This document shows, one piece after another, positions 19,248 to 31,102 of a stretch of DNA of 64,000 nucleotides. A program made the position numbers and the translations under genes. Each line of letters starts with the position of its first letter. Within the stretch, counting starts at the first letter, position 1. This DNA comes from an uncultured Synechococcus sp. (GTDB taxonomy: Bacteria > Cyanobacteriota > Cyanobacteriia > PCC-6307 > Cyanobiaceae), in assembly GCA_913050565.1 (NCBI GenBank), contig CAJWZW010000001.1, positions 14,214 to 78,213 of the forward strand, read 5' to 3'. Under the pieces are notes generated by a model. The model worked only from the letters and a program-made list of their open reading frames with translations. It made no database searches and was not told the origin of the DNA.

Positions 19248-20531
19248 TCAAGGAGCGGCTGCAACAACGGCTCGTGCTTTCGCCGCAACAAAGGGGTCGG
19301 GATCCTCTAAAGCTTGTTCGGCCTGTTCCTGCGACGCCAACATCAGGGCGGCATAGCGAACTTCCCAGAAGCTGGTCTGGTGAGAATCCAACCAGCTCAA
19401 AGACAGGTGACCTTCGCCGAGTGATCCCATCGCCAGCACCGCTGCAGGTTTCGATTTCGTGAACTGGGGCCGGCGGGTGACGATCGCCTCCTCGAGGATT
19501 GATTGGATCTGCGGCAGAGCTTCAGCTGGCCAATCCCGAAGAGCCCCGAAAAGGCGCACAAAAAAATAATGAGCCCCGTAATCGTTGTGGGCCTCCTCCT
19601 GCCACCGCCTCAGCAACAGAGGCCAAAGCTCAGCGGCGGTGCGCTGCTGGAGCGTTTGCAGTGCCAGATAACTGCGACTGAAATCCGTACCAAAAAACTC
19701 CTGCACCAGAAACGCATCCGTTGGCTCCTGGTCGTAGGCATGCACCAGCTGAAGCGACGCGGGGCTGTCTTCAATCAGTCCATCGAGAACGGAAATCAGA
19801 TTCAGACCATGCAGCGCGGTAACCCCTTCCGGCCACAGCGCTCGCACCGCTCGCATGCGGAACACCGGTGAAACAGGAGAACGCAGAACTGCGGCCAGCA
19901 ACTCATGCCCACCGGCATTGATCGCATCCTGAATGGCCGACTGACGGTCCATCTGATTGGGCAACAGCATCTGTTCCGCAAGATCCATCAGCTGATCACG
20001 CCCTCCCCCCAGCTGAACGGAAGCACTGATCGCGGCACCGCGAACACCGGGGTCCTCCGCGGAACGAAGTGCCTGAATCTCCGGCATCGCCTCCAGCACA
20101 CCCAGCCCCGCCAGGCTTTGAATCAGGACGCGACGGTTCTGGGCAGGATCGGCCAGCAGATCCCTCAGTTTTTGATGAACCAGTGGATCAGCGCAGTGGA
20201 GTTGCTGAAGTGCCACCGCTGCATTTTCCACAAGATATGGATCATCACTGCTCAGACAAGCGCCGATTGCAGGAAGTGATTGCTGACAGCCCAGACGTCC
20301 CAAAACCTCCACCGCCTTGCGACGTGCAAGTCGTCGAGGCTGAGCCTGCTCCTGATCAAGGACCAGAGCGATGAGAGCCGCCTCCGTTTCATCGCCGGGA
20401 AAATTAACCAGATGAGCGGCAGCCATATACGGATCGCTCTGAGACTCCAGCGATCCAATCGGAAGCAGGAGAAGACGAATGGCTTCCTGTTGAGACAGTC
20501 CGGGATGGATGTTGTCGAAGGCTCCAGCCAT
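19248..20531 (-). CDS. cpeY: E/F-clan PE-I alpha-subunit PEB lyase CpeY
   Basis: MAGAFDNIHP, YMAAAHLVNFPG, RRKAVEVLGRL, PVSPVFR, HNDYGAHYFF; ORF open to 20585. Confidence 0.92.
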   Translation of the reverse strand: MAGAFDNIHPGLSQQEAIRLLLLPIGSLESQSDPYMAAAHLVNFPGDETEAALIALVLDQEQAQPRRLARRKAVEVLGRLGCQQSLPAIGACLSSDDPYLVENAAVALQQLHCADPLVHQKLRDLLADPAQNRRVLIQSLAGLGVLEAMPEIQALRSAEDPGVRGAAISASVQLGGGRDQLMDLAEQMLLPNQMDRQSAIQDAINAGGHELLAAVLRSPVSPVFRMRAVRALWPEGVTALHGLNLISVLDGLIEDSPASLQLVHAYDQEPTDAFLVQEFFGTDFSRSYLALQTLQQRTAAELWPLLLRRWQEEAHNDYGAHYFFVRLFGALRDWPAEALPQIQSILEEAIVTRRPQFTKSKPAAVLAMGSLGEGHLSLSWLDSHQTSFWEVRYAALMLASQEQAEQALEDPDPFVAAKARAVVAAAP

Positions 20532-20644
20532 CTCTTCGTCCTTTGATGCCAGTGATTCTGCAGGAGGTATCAATGGTGAAGCCAACTGCAGGCATCTCGT
20601 AAGGAAGATTGCGAAACCATGGAATCGCCCCCCCTTTTACGGCA

Positions 20645-20998
20645 ATGTTCAGGGAGTTCTTACGGCATTGCATGGGACCTCAGCACTGTTCCTCCATCGC
20701 TGTGCGCACAGGAATTCAGCCCGGATCTCGCCCATGGACCGCGAGGCAGGTGCGCGTACCCCTCAGCCAGCTGAGTCGCAGCATGCAATTCGCTCACCAG
20801 ATTGGCGTGAGTGTTGAAGCCGTGGGCTTTGATTACGGCAACGAGAGTTCGACAACAAAACAGTCTTCTGCGACAACGTCGTCCGCGAAAACATCGGCTG
20901 CAAAAACGGCGACACCCAGAACAAAGGCCGTGAGTGAACCGCCGGCCCAGGAGGAAACAAGCAAGCCCAGGCGCCGCAGTGCACGTCGCAAACGCTGA
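20645..20998 (+). CDS. Hypothetical PBS-region protein (unk11-like) with CpcD-like motif and basic S/T-rich tail
   Basis: MFREFLRHCMG start; lies between cpeY and the DUF2656 gene; see findings. Confidence 0.7.
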   Translation: MFREFLRHCMGPQHCSSIAVRTGIQPGSRPWTARQVRVPLSQLSRSMQFAHQIGVSVEAVGFDYGNESSTTKQSSATTSSAKTSAAKTATPRTKAVSEPPAQEETSKPRRRSARRKR

Positions 20999-21000
20999 GA

Positions 21001-21435
21001 TCAGCCAGCTTGGTTGATCACTTCAAAAACACCGTCAGCAGGCCGGCCCGCGGTTAAACCGGCCCAGTTGATGGCTTGAAGAAAAGCCGAGGCATCGGCG
21101 GTTTCCACCACATCCACACCCCAACCGCCCTGCTGCAGGGGCGCTCCAGGATTTCCCGGAGAATCCTTGCGACCACCAAGAGCGAGTACGGCATGGCTGT
21201 CTTCATGTCCCATGGCCCGACGCACGGAGCGCCAGCCTGCCGCCAGTTCCACAGCGAAGTCCGCTGGATCGGAAGTGGATTCCAGGCGGATTTTCCAGTG
21301 TGAGTGATCCAGGGCTTCTGCCTGTTGGATCGAGGAACAGTGCTCCTTCAGAGCCTTGGCCAGCGCCTCAAAGACCAGTGGAGGGACTCCTTCGCTCTGA
21401 ATTTGAAGGTTGTGGGAAAGAACGAAACAGGTCAC
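21001..21435 (-). CDS. DUF2656-family protein (unk12-like)
   Basis: FVLSHNLQ, HSHW, LALGGRKDS...PLQQGGWGVDVVET. Confidence 0.85.
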   Translation of the reverse strand: MTCFVLSHNLQIQSEGVPPLVFEALAKALKEHCSSIQQAEALDHSHWKIRLESTSDPADFAVELAAGWRSVRRAMGHEDSHAVLALGGRKDSPGNPGAPLQQGGWGVDVVETADASAFLQAINWAGLTAGRPADGVFEVINQAG

Positions 21436-21481
21436 ACCACTTGACGCAGAAAAAAAACCTTAGCGATACCGAAAGCAGATA

Positions 21482-22402
21482 ATGGTGATCTGCTCCAGGC
21501 GACCCTTGACCGACGCTTCCTCTTCGTTGAACAGTGCTGAGCCGGTTCAGCTGAGTGAGGAGGAAGCTGAACAACTGGCCAAGGAACTCAAGCTGCAGCT
21601 CCGCCAGGGCGAGCGTCCAGCCAATGACACGCAAGCCATTGAGCGGATGGTGGCTGGCCTGGGTGATCGCCGTGGGTTGCTGCGACTCACTTTTGCGGAA
21701 AGTCTCGGCAGTGTGGGATCGGTGGCCGTCCCTGCCCTTTGCACTGCGATGTGCGACCACGAGAATGTCACGGTGCGCCGTGCGGCGGCAAAGACCCTCA
21801 CCCTGATAGCCGATCGAAGTGCCCTTCCATCTCTGCTGAAGGCCTTGCTGAGTGATGCAGACCCGGTGGTGCAGGGCTCTGCTGTGGGTGCGATGGCTGT
21901 GATTGGGGCGGAAGCAGTGGCGGGATTGCTCGATGTTCTGGTGGATCCCGCGAACAGTCCGATGCAAACAGGGCTGGCCAGCTGGGGGCTGGCATTTGTG
22001 GGCGCGAAAGCTCCGGAGGCCCTCAGGGAGGCAGCTCGTTCCTCCGATGCTCGGATCCGCACAGCCGCCATCGGCGCTCTCGGCGACCAAATCCAGAACC
22101 TCAACGATCAGGAAGCAAGACAGTTGCTGCAAGACGGCCTGACGGATGAAGACGAAGAGGTTCGCGCCGAAGCCACCACGTTGATGGGGAAGTTGAACGA
22201 CAGCAACTGGGCCGTGCCGCTGGTGCTTCCGAATCTGCGTGATGGCTCGCCCTTGGTGCGGAAAAATGCTGCCCTGGCACTGATGAAACTGGAGGATGCC
22301 ACGGTCATTCCGGCTCTGGAGAAATGCGCTGAGCAGGAAGACGACAACACCGTCACACCCATCCTGCGCTTAGCAATTAGCCAGCTGAGCCGCGACGCTT
22401 GA
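21482..22402 (+). CDS. cpeF: HEAT-repeat lyase of the CpeF/MpeV family (beta-50/61 site); CpeF by context
   Basis: MVAGLGDRRGLLRLTFAESLG, NVTVRRAAAKTL, GLASWGLAFVGA, VRKNAALALMKL. Confidence 0.78.
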   Translation: MVICSRRPLTDASSSLNSAEPVQLSEEEAEQLAKELKLQLRQGERPANDTQAIERMVAGLGDRRGLLRLTFAESLGSVGSVAVPALCTAMCDHENVTVRRAAAKTLTLIADRSALPSLLKALLSDADPVVQGSAVGAMAVIGAEAVAGLLDVLVDPANSPMQTGLASWGLAFVGAKAPEALREAARSSDARIRTAAIGALGDQIQNLNDQEARQLLQDGLTDEDEEVRAEATTLMGKLNDSNWAVPLVLPNLRDGSPLVRKNAALALMKLEDATVIPALEKCAEQEDDNTVTPILRLAISQLSRDA

Positions 22403-22407
22403 GCGAA

Positions 22408-22435
22408 ATTGTATTGAGCCTTAACGTATTGTAAA
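22408..22435 (-). promoter_or_regulatory. HLR1-like (RpaB-type) direct-repeat array overlapping a putative promoter
   Basis: Minus strand TTTACAAT-AC-GTTAAGGC-TC-AATACAAT, three 8-mers with 10-bp period; plus-strand -10-like TATTGT at 22427-22432. Confidence 0.45.
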
Positions 22436-22438
22436 TAT

Positions 22439-22511
22439 CGTGGTGTTCGCGTCGAGCACTGCATGCGCAACAACGGGAGTTCAGCTGAGGGGTTGACCTC
22501 CTGTTTTTTTT
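22439..22511 (+). ncRNA. Candidate two-hairpin small RNA between convergent cpeF and cpeZ
   Basis: 5' hairpin GTGTTCG-CGT-CGAGCAC (22443-22459), short linker, terminator hairpin AACGGGAG-TTCAGC...GTTGA-C-CTCCTGTT plus T-run; AT-rich promoter-like sequence upstream. Confidence 0.45.
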
Positions 22512-22513
22512 GA

Positions 22514-23149
22514 TCAGCGGGAACTGCTGAGTCGACCGAGCGACGCTTCAACCATCTGACGAGCCAGAGGATCGGTGGCAGGGTCGTCGAAGACTTCCCT
22601 CAGGCAGCTTTCAGCCCGGGGATCCGGAATCTCTGCAAGAGCCATTGCCGCTGACTGCACATGGGCGATGTTTTCACCCTTGCAAATGGCAATCAGCAAC
22701 GGCAGGGCCTGCTTCCCAACCTGTCCCAGTGCCATGACTGCGGACTGCGACACCACAGGCGATTCATCCGAGAGGGCTGTTTCCAGCACCTGCATCGCCT
22801 CCGATGAAAAGTCCTCATCGGGATAGTTGGAGGCGATCTGTGCATAGGCCTTCACGCAGCTGGCTCGCACGGTTCCGTCAGGACTCTGTTGAAACAGCAC
22901 CGCAAGTGGCTGCAGAGCGGAGGAACCGAAGGCACCGAGACCTCGCACGGCGGCACGACGGAGCGAAACATCCGGCTGGTCGAGAAGCGACAGCAGACGT
23001 GGCATTGCCTCATCAGGCCAGTGCTCAACCATGGCGAGATAAGCCTGGGTCTGAAGATGCGGATTGGGATGAGCAAGATCCGCAAACAACGCATCAAGGT
23101 CTGGGCGTTCAACCTGCCCCTCAGGAGCCATCTGAAAATCGGAAGTCAT
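22514..23149 (-). CDS. cpeZ: HEAT-repeat chaperone/lyase accessory CpeZ
   Basis: LFADLAHPNP, RRAAVRGLGAFG, VRASCVKAYAQ, SPVVSQSAVMALG; start uncertain (23131-23182). Confidence 0.88.
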   Translation of the reverse strand: MTSDFQMAPEGQVERPDLDALFADLAHPNPHLQTQAYLAMVEHWPDEAMPRLLSLLDQPDVSLRRAAVRGLGAFGSSALQPLAVLFQQSPDGTVRASCVKAYAQIASNYPDEDFSSEAMQVLETALSDESPVVSQSAVMALGQVGKQALPLLIAICKGENIAHVQSAAMALAEIPDPRAESCLREVFDDPATDPLARQMVEASLGRLSSSR

Positions 23150-23373
23150 CAACTGACTCTCCATCAGAACAGACAGCGGCAAACATCAAGGACCAAAAAA
23201 GGTAAATCTTTTGACACACAGGGATTGCGCCGAACATCGATGAATACGACCCACTCCTGCCCGGACAGTACCGGCAACATCAAAGAGATCGCCATACAAA
23301 AACTTATCCACCAAACATCAACCCGGCCCAGAAGATCAGTGAGAAAGTTGTACTGACCGGAAACCCTCAGAAC

Positions 23374-23406
23374 CAACTCCATCAATATCCATCATTGATG
23401 GAGTTG
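23374..23406. repeat. Perfect 13-bp inverted repeat
   Basis: CAACTCCATCAAT-(7 nt)-ATTGATGGAGTTG. Confidence 0.8.
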
Positions 23407-23412
23407 CAAAAC

Positions 23413-23442
23413 AAAAAAAAGGCGGGTGTTACCCGCCTTTTT
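23413..23442 (-). terminator. Bidirectional rho-independent terminator after the accessory linker gene
   Basis: A8-GGCGGGT-GTT-ACCCGCC-T5. Confidence 0.88.
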
Positions 23443-23456
23443 GATCAAACGATGAA

Positions 23457-24323
23457 TCAATAAACCCTGTAATTAAACTTGCCGCCATAAATGCGTCTGT
23501 AAGCAGCGCTTCTGGCATTCTTGACTGCGTTGGTGTAGGAGAAGCCACTGCTATCACCAGTGAAGCCTGAAGCATCGGCAAGCCCGGCGCGGCTTTTGGT
23601 CAAACGCTTGACCAGCAGAGGGCCCGAGTACATCACATGCTCTGCACTGGCATTGGCCGGAGAAAGCTCAACCATGCTTACAAACGTTGAGCAATAAGAA
23701 CGTGCCTCGGATTTGAAGGCTCGCAGGTAGGGAACAGTATCTGTGCCAAATGTCTCCAGGTACTCCTCCGAACGGACCAACTGATCCACAAAAGCATCAA
23801 AACCATGATCAGAAATCACCTTGATGGCTGATCCCACCTCCTCTTGACTGATCGGAGGACGACCCAGGAGATGCTTGATGGTCAACTCGACGCCTCGCAT
23901 CGGCGAGACGGCGAAGAAAAACTTCTGCTTGTAGAGCTCGGACTTCACCAGGCCTGCCATGAAGTCGCGAGTTGTGATGCGGCCATCCCGGAAAAACGCC
24001 TCCAAGGACGTCAGCCTCTGGCTGTCTGTGATTCCGATATTGCCAAAAACTTGTTTGTAACCGGCTGATATTGCTCTACTTAAAGCCGCATCTCCCGTTG
24101 CGGCGTAGGAATGATTCACCGCAGAAAACGGACAGATTTCGTGAATGCGCGGGCCTGCTCCAATGCCCATCGAGCCACACTGATTCTCTTTGTATTCCGC
24201 GGGGCTTGTGGCAGCCTTGCCTTGATTCGAAGCAGCACTTTTGGCTGCATCCCTGGAATTGGAGAAGGAGAATGAAACCCGATCCTGATCAGTAAAATCT
24301 CGCTTGAGCTTGATTGCAGGCAT
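23457..24323 (-). CDS. Accessory PE-II-associated gamma-type rod linker (MpeF/MpeG/MpeH group; not canonical MpeC)
   Basis: ENQCGSMGIGAGPRIHEICPF (Cys49, Cys64), linker domain AGYKQVFGN...KHLLGRPP...EEYLETFGTDTVPY; no CpcD domain. Confidence 0.88.
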   Translation of the reverse strand: MPAIKLKRDFTDQDRVSFSFSNSRDAAKSAASNQGKAATSPAEYKENQCGSMGIGAGPRIHEICPFSAVNHSYAATGDAALSRAISAGYKQVFGNIGITDSQRLTSLEAFFRDGRITTRDFMAGLVKSELYKQKFFFAVSPMRGVELTIKHLLGRPPISQEEVGSAIKVISDHGFDAFVDQLVRSEEYLETFGTDTVPYLRAFKSEARSYCSTFVSMVELSPANASAEHVMYSGPLLVKRLTKSRAGLADASGFTGDSSGFSYTNAVKNARSAAYRRIYGGKFNYRVY

Positions 24324-24600
24324 AAGAATTTATTGATTGGCCCTAATTTATGGCCTTACCAGAACACCCTCAGATCTCTTATCACTACTTAAAGTAGGCA
24401 ACCTATAGTTTTGTTAAATGTTCTGGAACTATTTACGTCAGCACCTTTATTTCCAGTCACAAGAGAAACCAAGCTATCCCGCTCAACATTTCAAGATCCT
24501 GAATGTGCTCGCCGAGCAACTCATCCATGAAGAGCCTCTTCAGGAATCAAACAACTGAAGCATGCAGGTTGATTGTTAAAAGCAAATCCATCAACGCAAT

Positions 24601-24628
24601 AAAAAAGGAGGCCCGTAGGCCTCCTTTT
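24601..24628 (-). terminator. Rho-independent terminator of cpeBA
   Basis: AAAAAAGGAGGCC-CGTA-GGCCTCCTTTT. Confidence 0.9.
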
Positions 24629-24654
24629 CATTGGATCAATGAATGATCGTCGGC

Positions 24655-25161
<507 letters not shown>

Positions 25162-25204
25162 TTAAGGAAGTGTGCGTAATGGGAAAAGGGAAAACCCGGA
25201 TGAA

Positions 25205-25840
<636 letters not shown>

Positions 25841-26123
25841 TCAGGGGATTCAACCCTGGTTGGTTGAAGCGCCTCAGAAACGTAACCGGACCTCAGGACT
25901 TGCCCTGACTCAGACCGGGTTCACGCAACGGTTCGTCACCTGGACGTAACGAATCCAACTCCCAGCTCTGAAGCAGCTGTCGGAAGAACGCCTCCACGGA
26001 AGGAAAAACATCTTCCACTTTGTTTCAGCTTCCGCTCACGACATTTATACGTATTCCGTCTTGTTGAGGGTCGAAACGATGACTCACAGAGTCGACTTAC
26101 CCTCACTCCACCGCCCACTACCC

Positions 26124-26339
26124 ATGGCTGATCCCACGCTCAAGGACCTGCAGGACTCAATTGAGGAGCTGCAGGCCTACCGCAGCCGCCTTCGCGACGA
26201 CGTGATCGCCATGGGCAAAAAGCTGAAGCTCCCTCAGAAGCGCATCGACGCGACTGTCGCTGAACATGCTGAGCTTCAGCGCCTTGGGGAAGTTCTCGAG
26301 CAACTGCAGCAGCAGTGCGAAATTCTCAGCAAGGCCTGA
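26124..26339 (+). CDS. Small conserved coiled-coil protein heading the cpeU-pebAB operon
   Basis: MADPTLKDLQDSIEELQAYRSRLRDDVIAMGKKLKLPQKRI; 3 nt before cpeU. Confidence 0.75.
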   Translation: MADPTLKDLQDSIEELQAYRSRLRDDVIAMGKKLKLPQKRIDATVAEHAELQRLGEVLEQLQQQCEILSKA

Positions 26340-26342
26340 GCC

Positions 26343-28434
<2,092 letters not shown>

Positions 28435-28610
28435 GCCGAGAAACGGCTGACTTCCTTGTCGTGCCAAGGGAGTTAAGCATTATGAACAGCCGTCGGAGAG
28501 CATCCGGCTTGTTGGTCAGAATCACGGGCGACGGGATGAGGGCAATAGCCTTTTGCCATCCCATCTCAGTCTGAGATCCCTCTCCAGACGTAGTTAACAG
28601 GACAACAACC

Positions 28611-29129
28611 ATGTTCGACGCCTTCACCAAGGTTGTCGCCCAGGCCGACGCCCGGGGACAATTCATCAACACCAGCGAGATTGATGCTCTCGCTGCCATG
28701 GTTTCTGACAGCAACAAGCGTCTGGATGCCGTAAACCGCATCTCCAGCAATGCCTCCACCATCGTGGCTTCGGCAGCACGCCAGTTGTTCGCTCAGCAAC
28801 CGGCCCTGATCGCTCCAGGAGGTAACGCTTACACCTCCAGACGGATGGCGGCCTGCCTGCGCGACATGGAAATCATCCTGCGCTACGTCACCTACTCCGC
28901 CTTCACCGGCGATGCTTCCGTGATGGAAGACCGTTGCCTGAATGGTCTGCGCGAAACGTATCTGGCTCTCGGCACACCCGGTGCTTCCGTGGCTGCTGGC
29001 GTGAACCTGATGAAGGAAGCCGCGATGGAAATCATCAACGACAAAAACGGCATCTCCGCTGGAGACTGTGCCTCCCTCAGCAGTGAGATCGGCACTTACT
29101 TCGATCGCGCGGCCGCCTCTGTCGCCTGA
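28611..29129 (+). CDS. rpcB: R-phycocyanin beta subunit
   Basis: [38 protein letters not shown]. Confidence 0.97.
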   Translation: MFDAFTKVVAQADARGQFINTSEIDALAAMVSDSNKRLDAVNRISSNASTIVASAARQLFAQQPALIAPGGNAYTSRRMAACLRDMEIILRYVTYSAFTGDASVMEDRCLNGLRETYLALGTPGASVAAGVNLMKEAAMEIINDKNGISAGDCASLSSEIGTYFDRAAASVA

Positions 29130-29170
29130 TCGGCGCCTGGAATCGACGTCATTAATCCTTCTACAGATTC

Positions 29171-29659
29171 ATGAAAACCCCTCTCACCGAAGCTGTTGCA
29201 GCAGCTGATTCTCAGGGTCGTTTCCTGAGCAACACCGAGGTTCAAGCTGCTTCCGGCCGTTTCAACCGTGCCAAAGCGAGCCTCGAGGCTGCCAAAGCCC
29301 TCACCAGCAAGGCTGACAGCCTGGTGAACGGCGCTGCTCAAGCCGTCTACACCAAGTTCCCTTACACCACCCAGATGGAGGGTCCCAACTACTCCGCCAC
29401 TGCCGAAGGCAAGGCGAAGTGCTCCCGGGACGTGGGCTACTACCTGCGCATGATCACGTACTGCCTGGTGGCTGGTGGAACCGGCCCCATGGACGACTAC
29501 CTGATCGCAGGTCTGGATGAGATCAACCGTACTTTTGAGCTCTCCCCTTCCTGGTACGTGGAAGCCCTCAAGCACATCAAGTCCAACCATGGGCTCAGTG
29601 GTGATGCCGCCACCGAAGCCAACAGCTACATCGACTACGCGATTAACGCCCTGATCTGA
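29171..29659 (+). CDS. rpcA: R-phycocyanin alpha subunit
   Basis: [28 protein letters not shown]. Confidence 0.97.
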   Translation: MKTPLTEAVAAADSQGRFLSNTEVQAASGRFNRAKASLEAAKALTSKADSLVNGAAQAVYTKFPYTTQMEGPNYSATAEGKAKCSRDVGYYLRMITYCLVAGGTGPMDDYLIAGLDEINRTFELSPSWYVEALKHIKSNHGLSGDAATEANSYIDYAINALI

Positions 29660-29680
29660 TCAGTCTTTTCTCGTGCCGTC

Positions 29681-29707
29681 AGCCCTCCTCAATGGAGGGC
29701 TTTTTTT
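29681..29707 (+). terminator. Rho-independent terminator of rpcBA
   Basis: AGCCCTCC-TCAAT-GGAGGGCT followed by T-run. Confidence 0.9.
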
Positions 29708-29741
29708 ATTGTTTGCGTCCGGACCTGAACCGAGACATGCG

Positions 29742-30332
29742 ATGACCCCCGATGTCCGGAGTTTTCTCTCTCAGCTTTGTGGTGAGTACAGCAACCAGCA
29801 GCAGGCCTTCGACAACCCACCGCTGTACGCCCACATTTTCCTGCGCTATCGACCTCTGAAGCATCTGAAGCCGGGATCCATCCTGCTGGAGCAGAGCTAT
29901 GCCGTTGATCCCAAGAATCCCTATCGACTTCGCATGATTCGGGCGGAAGAGCAGTCAAAAGGCGTCATCAAGCTCTGGAACCACACGTTTCGCGACCCGG
30001 CCCGATTCGCGACAGCGACTTTTGATCCTGAACAGCGACTGGAAATTGCTGACGACGATCTCATCTGTCTGGATCAATGCCACTACCAGGTGGTGGCAAA
30101 GTCGGACGGTTATCACGGCGCCATGGAACCTGGCTGTCGTTGCATCGTTCACCGAAACGGCCGGGACACAGTGCTGGTGAGCCGGTTCCATCTGCAGGGC
30201 GATGCCCTCGCCACCCTCGATCGGGGGCACGATCCCATCACCCATGAACGCTGCTGGGGATCAATAGCCGGTGAGTTCCGCTTCCGCAGAACAGAGAGCT
30301 GGGCTTCAGAGATGACAGATGCGTGGCTGTGA
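29742..30332 (+). CDS. rpcT: T-type phycocyanin lyase RpcT (CpcT-like)
   Basis: GEYSNQQQAFDNPPLYAHI, EQSY...PYRLR, LDRGHD...WGSIAG. Confidence 0.88.
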   Translation: MTPDVRSFLSQLCGEYSNQQQAFDNPPLYAHIFLRYRPLKHLKPGSILLEQSYAVDPKNPYRLRMIRAEEQSKGVIKLWNHTFRDPARFATATFDPEQRLEIADDDLICLDQCHYQVVAKSDGYHGAMEPGCRCIVHRNGRDTVLVSRFHLQGDALATLDRGHDPITHERCWGSIAGEFRFRRTESWASEMTDAWL

Positions 30333-31102
30333 CGGAGCCCCTGAACGAAACTCAGGTGATCGCCAACCTGGGCCAGACCACCGATCCATCCGCGCAGTAC
30401 TACGCCGCCTGGTGGCTGGGAAAGATGCGCAGCCGTCACCCCAAGGCGATACCTCTGCTCCTGCAGACGCTGAAAGCACTTGAGCAGCAACCGGTGGACC
30501 CGGAACGGCGCGGCGTTGCCCTGAATGCCATCCGGGCTCTGGGAAAACTGAAGAGCCCGATGGCCCTAACCCCACTCTGCGAACTGCTGAACTCAACCGA
30601 TTACAGCGTGCGCGAGGAGGCGGCCCGCAGCCTCGGAAAGCTGCAGGACCCAGCGGCTGTCGAGGGCATCCGTCGCCTGTTGCAGAGCGGCATCTCCGAC
30701 GCCGGAGGCGAGCAGAGCGGTTCAGCCTTGCTGCGTGAACCCTGTGAAGCGCTGATTGAGGCACTGGGTGACATCGGTCTCAGCAGTGCCGAAACCCTGG
30801 ACACGATTCTCCCTTTCGTGCAGCATCCCAGGCCTCTGATCCGTGCGGCGGCCTGCAGGGCTTTGCTGCAGCTGACCGGCGAGTCGAGCTGGGGAATCCA
30901 GCTGACCGAGATGCTCAACCATCCTGAGGCCCTGGTCCGTCGGGGGGCACTGCTGGATCTCGGTGCCACGGGCTGGACTTCGGCAGGCCCTGCCATCAGT
31001 GCAGCAGCCGTGGAGCCCAGTCTCAAATTGGTGGCGTTACGCGGCCTGGCGGAACAGAGCGAAGATCCGGAGGTGCTGAAAGCCATGGATGCTCTGATCT
31101 GA
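30323..31102 (+). CDS. rpcE: Phycocyanin alpha-subunit lyase, E subunit
   Basis: QYYAAWWLGKMR, VALNAIRALG HEAT repeats. Confidence 0.9.
   Translation: MAVTEPLNETQVIANLGQTTDPSAQYYAAWWLGKMRSRHPKAIPLLLQTLKALEQQPVDPERRGVALNAIRALGKLKSPMALTPLCELLNSTDYSVREEAARSLGKLQDPAAVEGIRRLLQSGISDAGGEQSGSALLREPCEALIEALGDIGLSSAETLDTILPFVQHPRPLIRAAACRALLQLTGESSWGIQLTEMLNHPEALVRRGALLDLGATGWTSAGPAISAAAVEPSLKLVALRGLAEQSEDPEVLKAMDALI

Noticed and set aside
23164-23385. 73-aa minus-strand ORF upstream of cpeZ
   Set aside because: No recognisable motif; starts inside an inverted repeat in AT-rich intergenic DNA; probably spurious
23385-24645. Possible direct repeats flanking the linker cassette (ATCCATCA...A-run-GG near both terminators)
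   Set aside because: Similarity too short and explained by terminator composition; no clear target-site duplication
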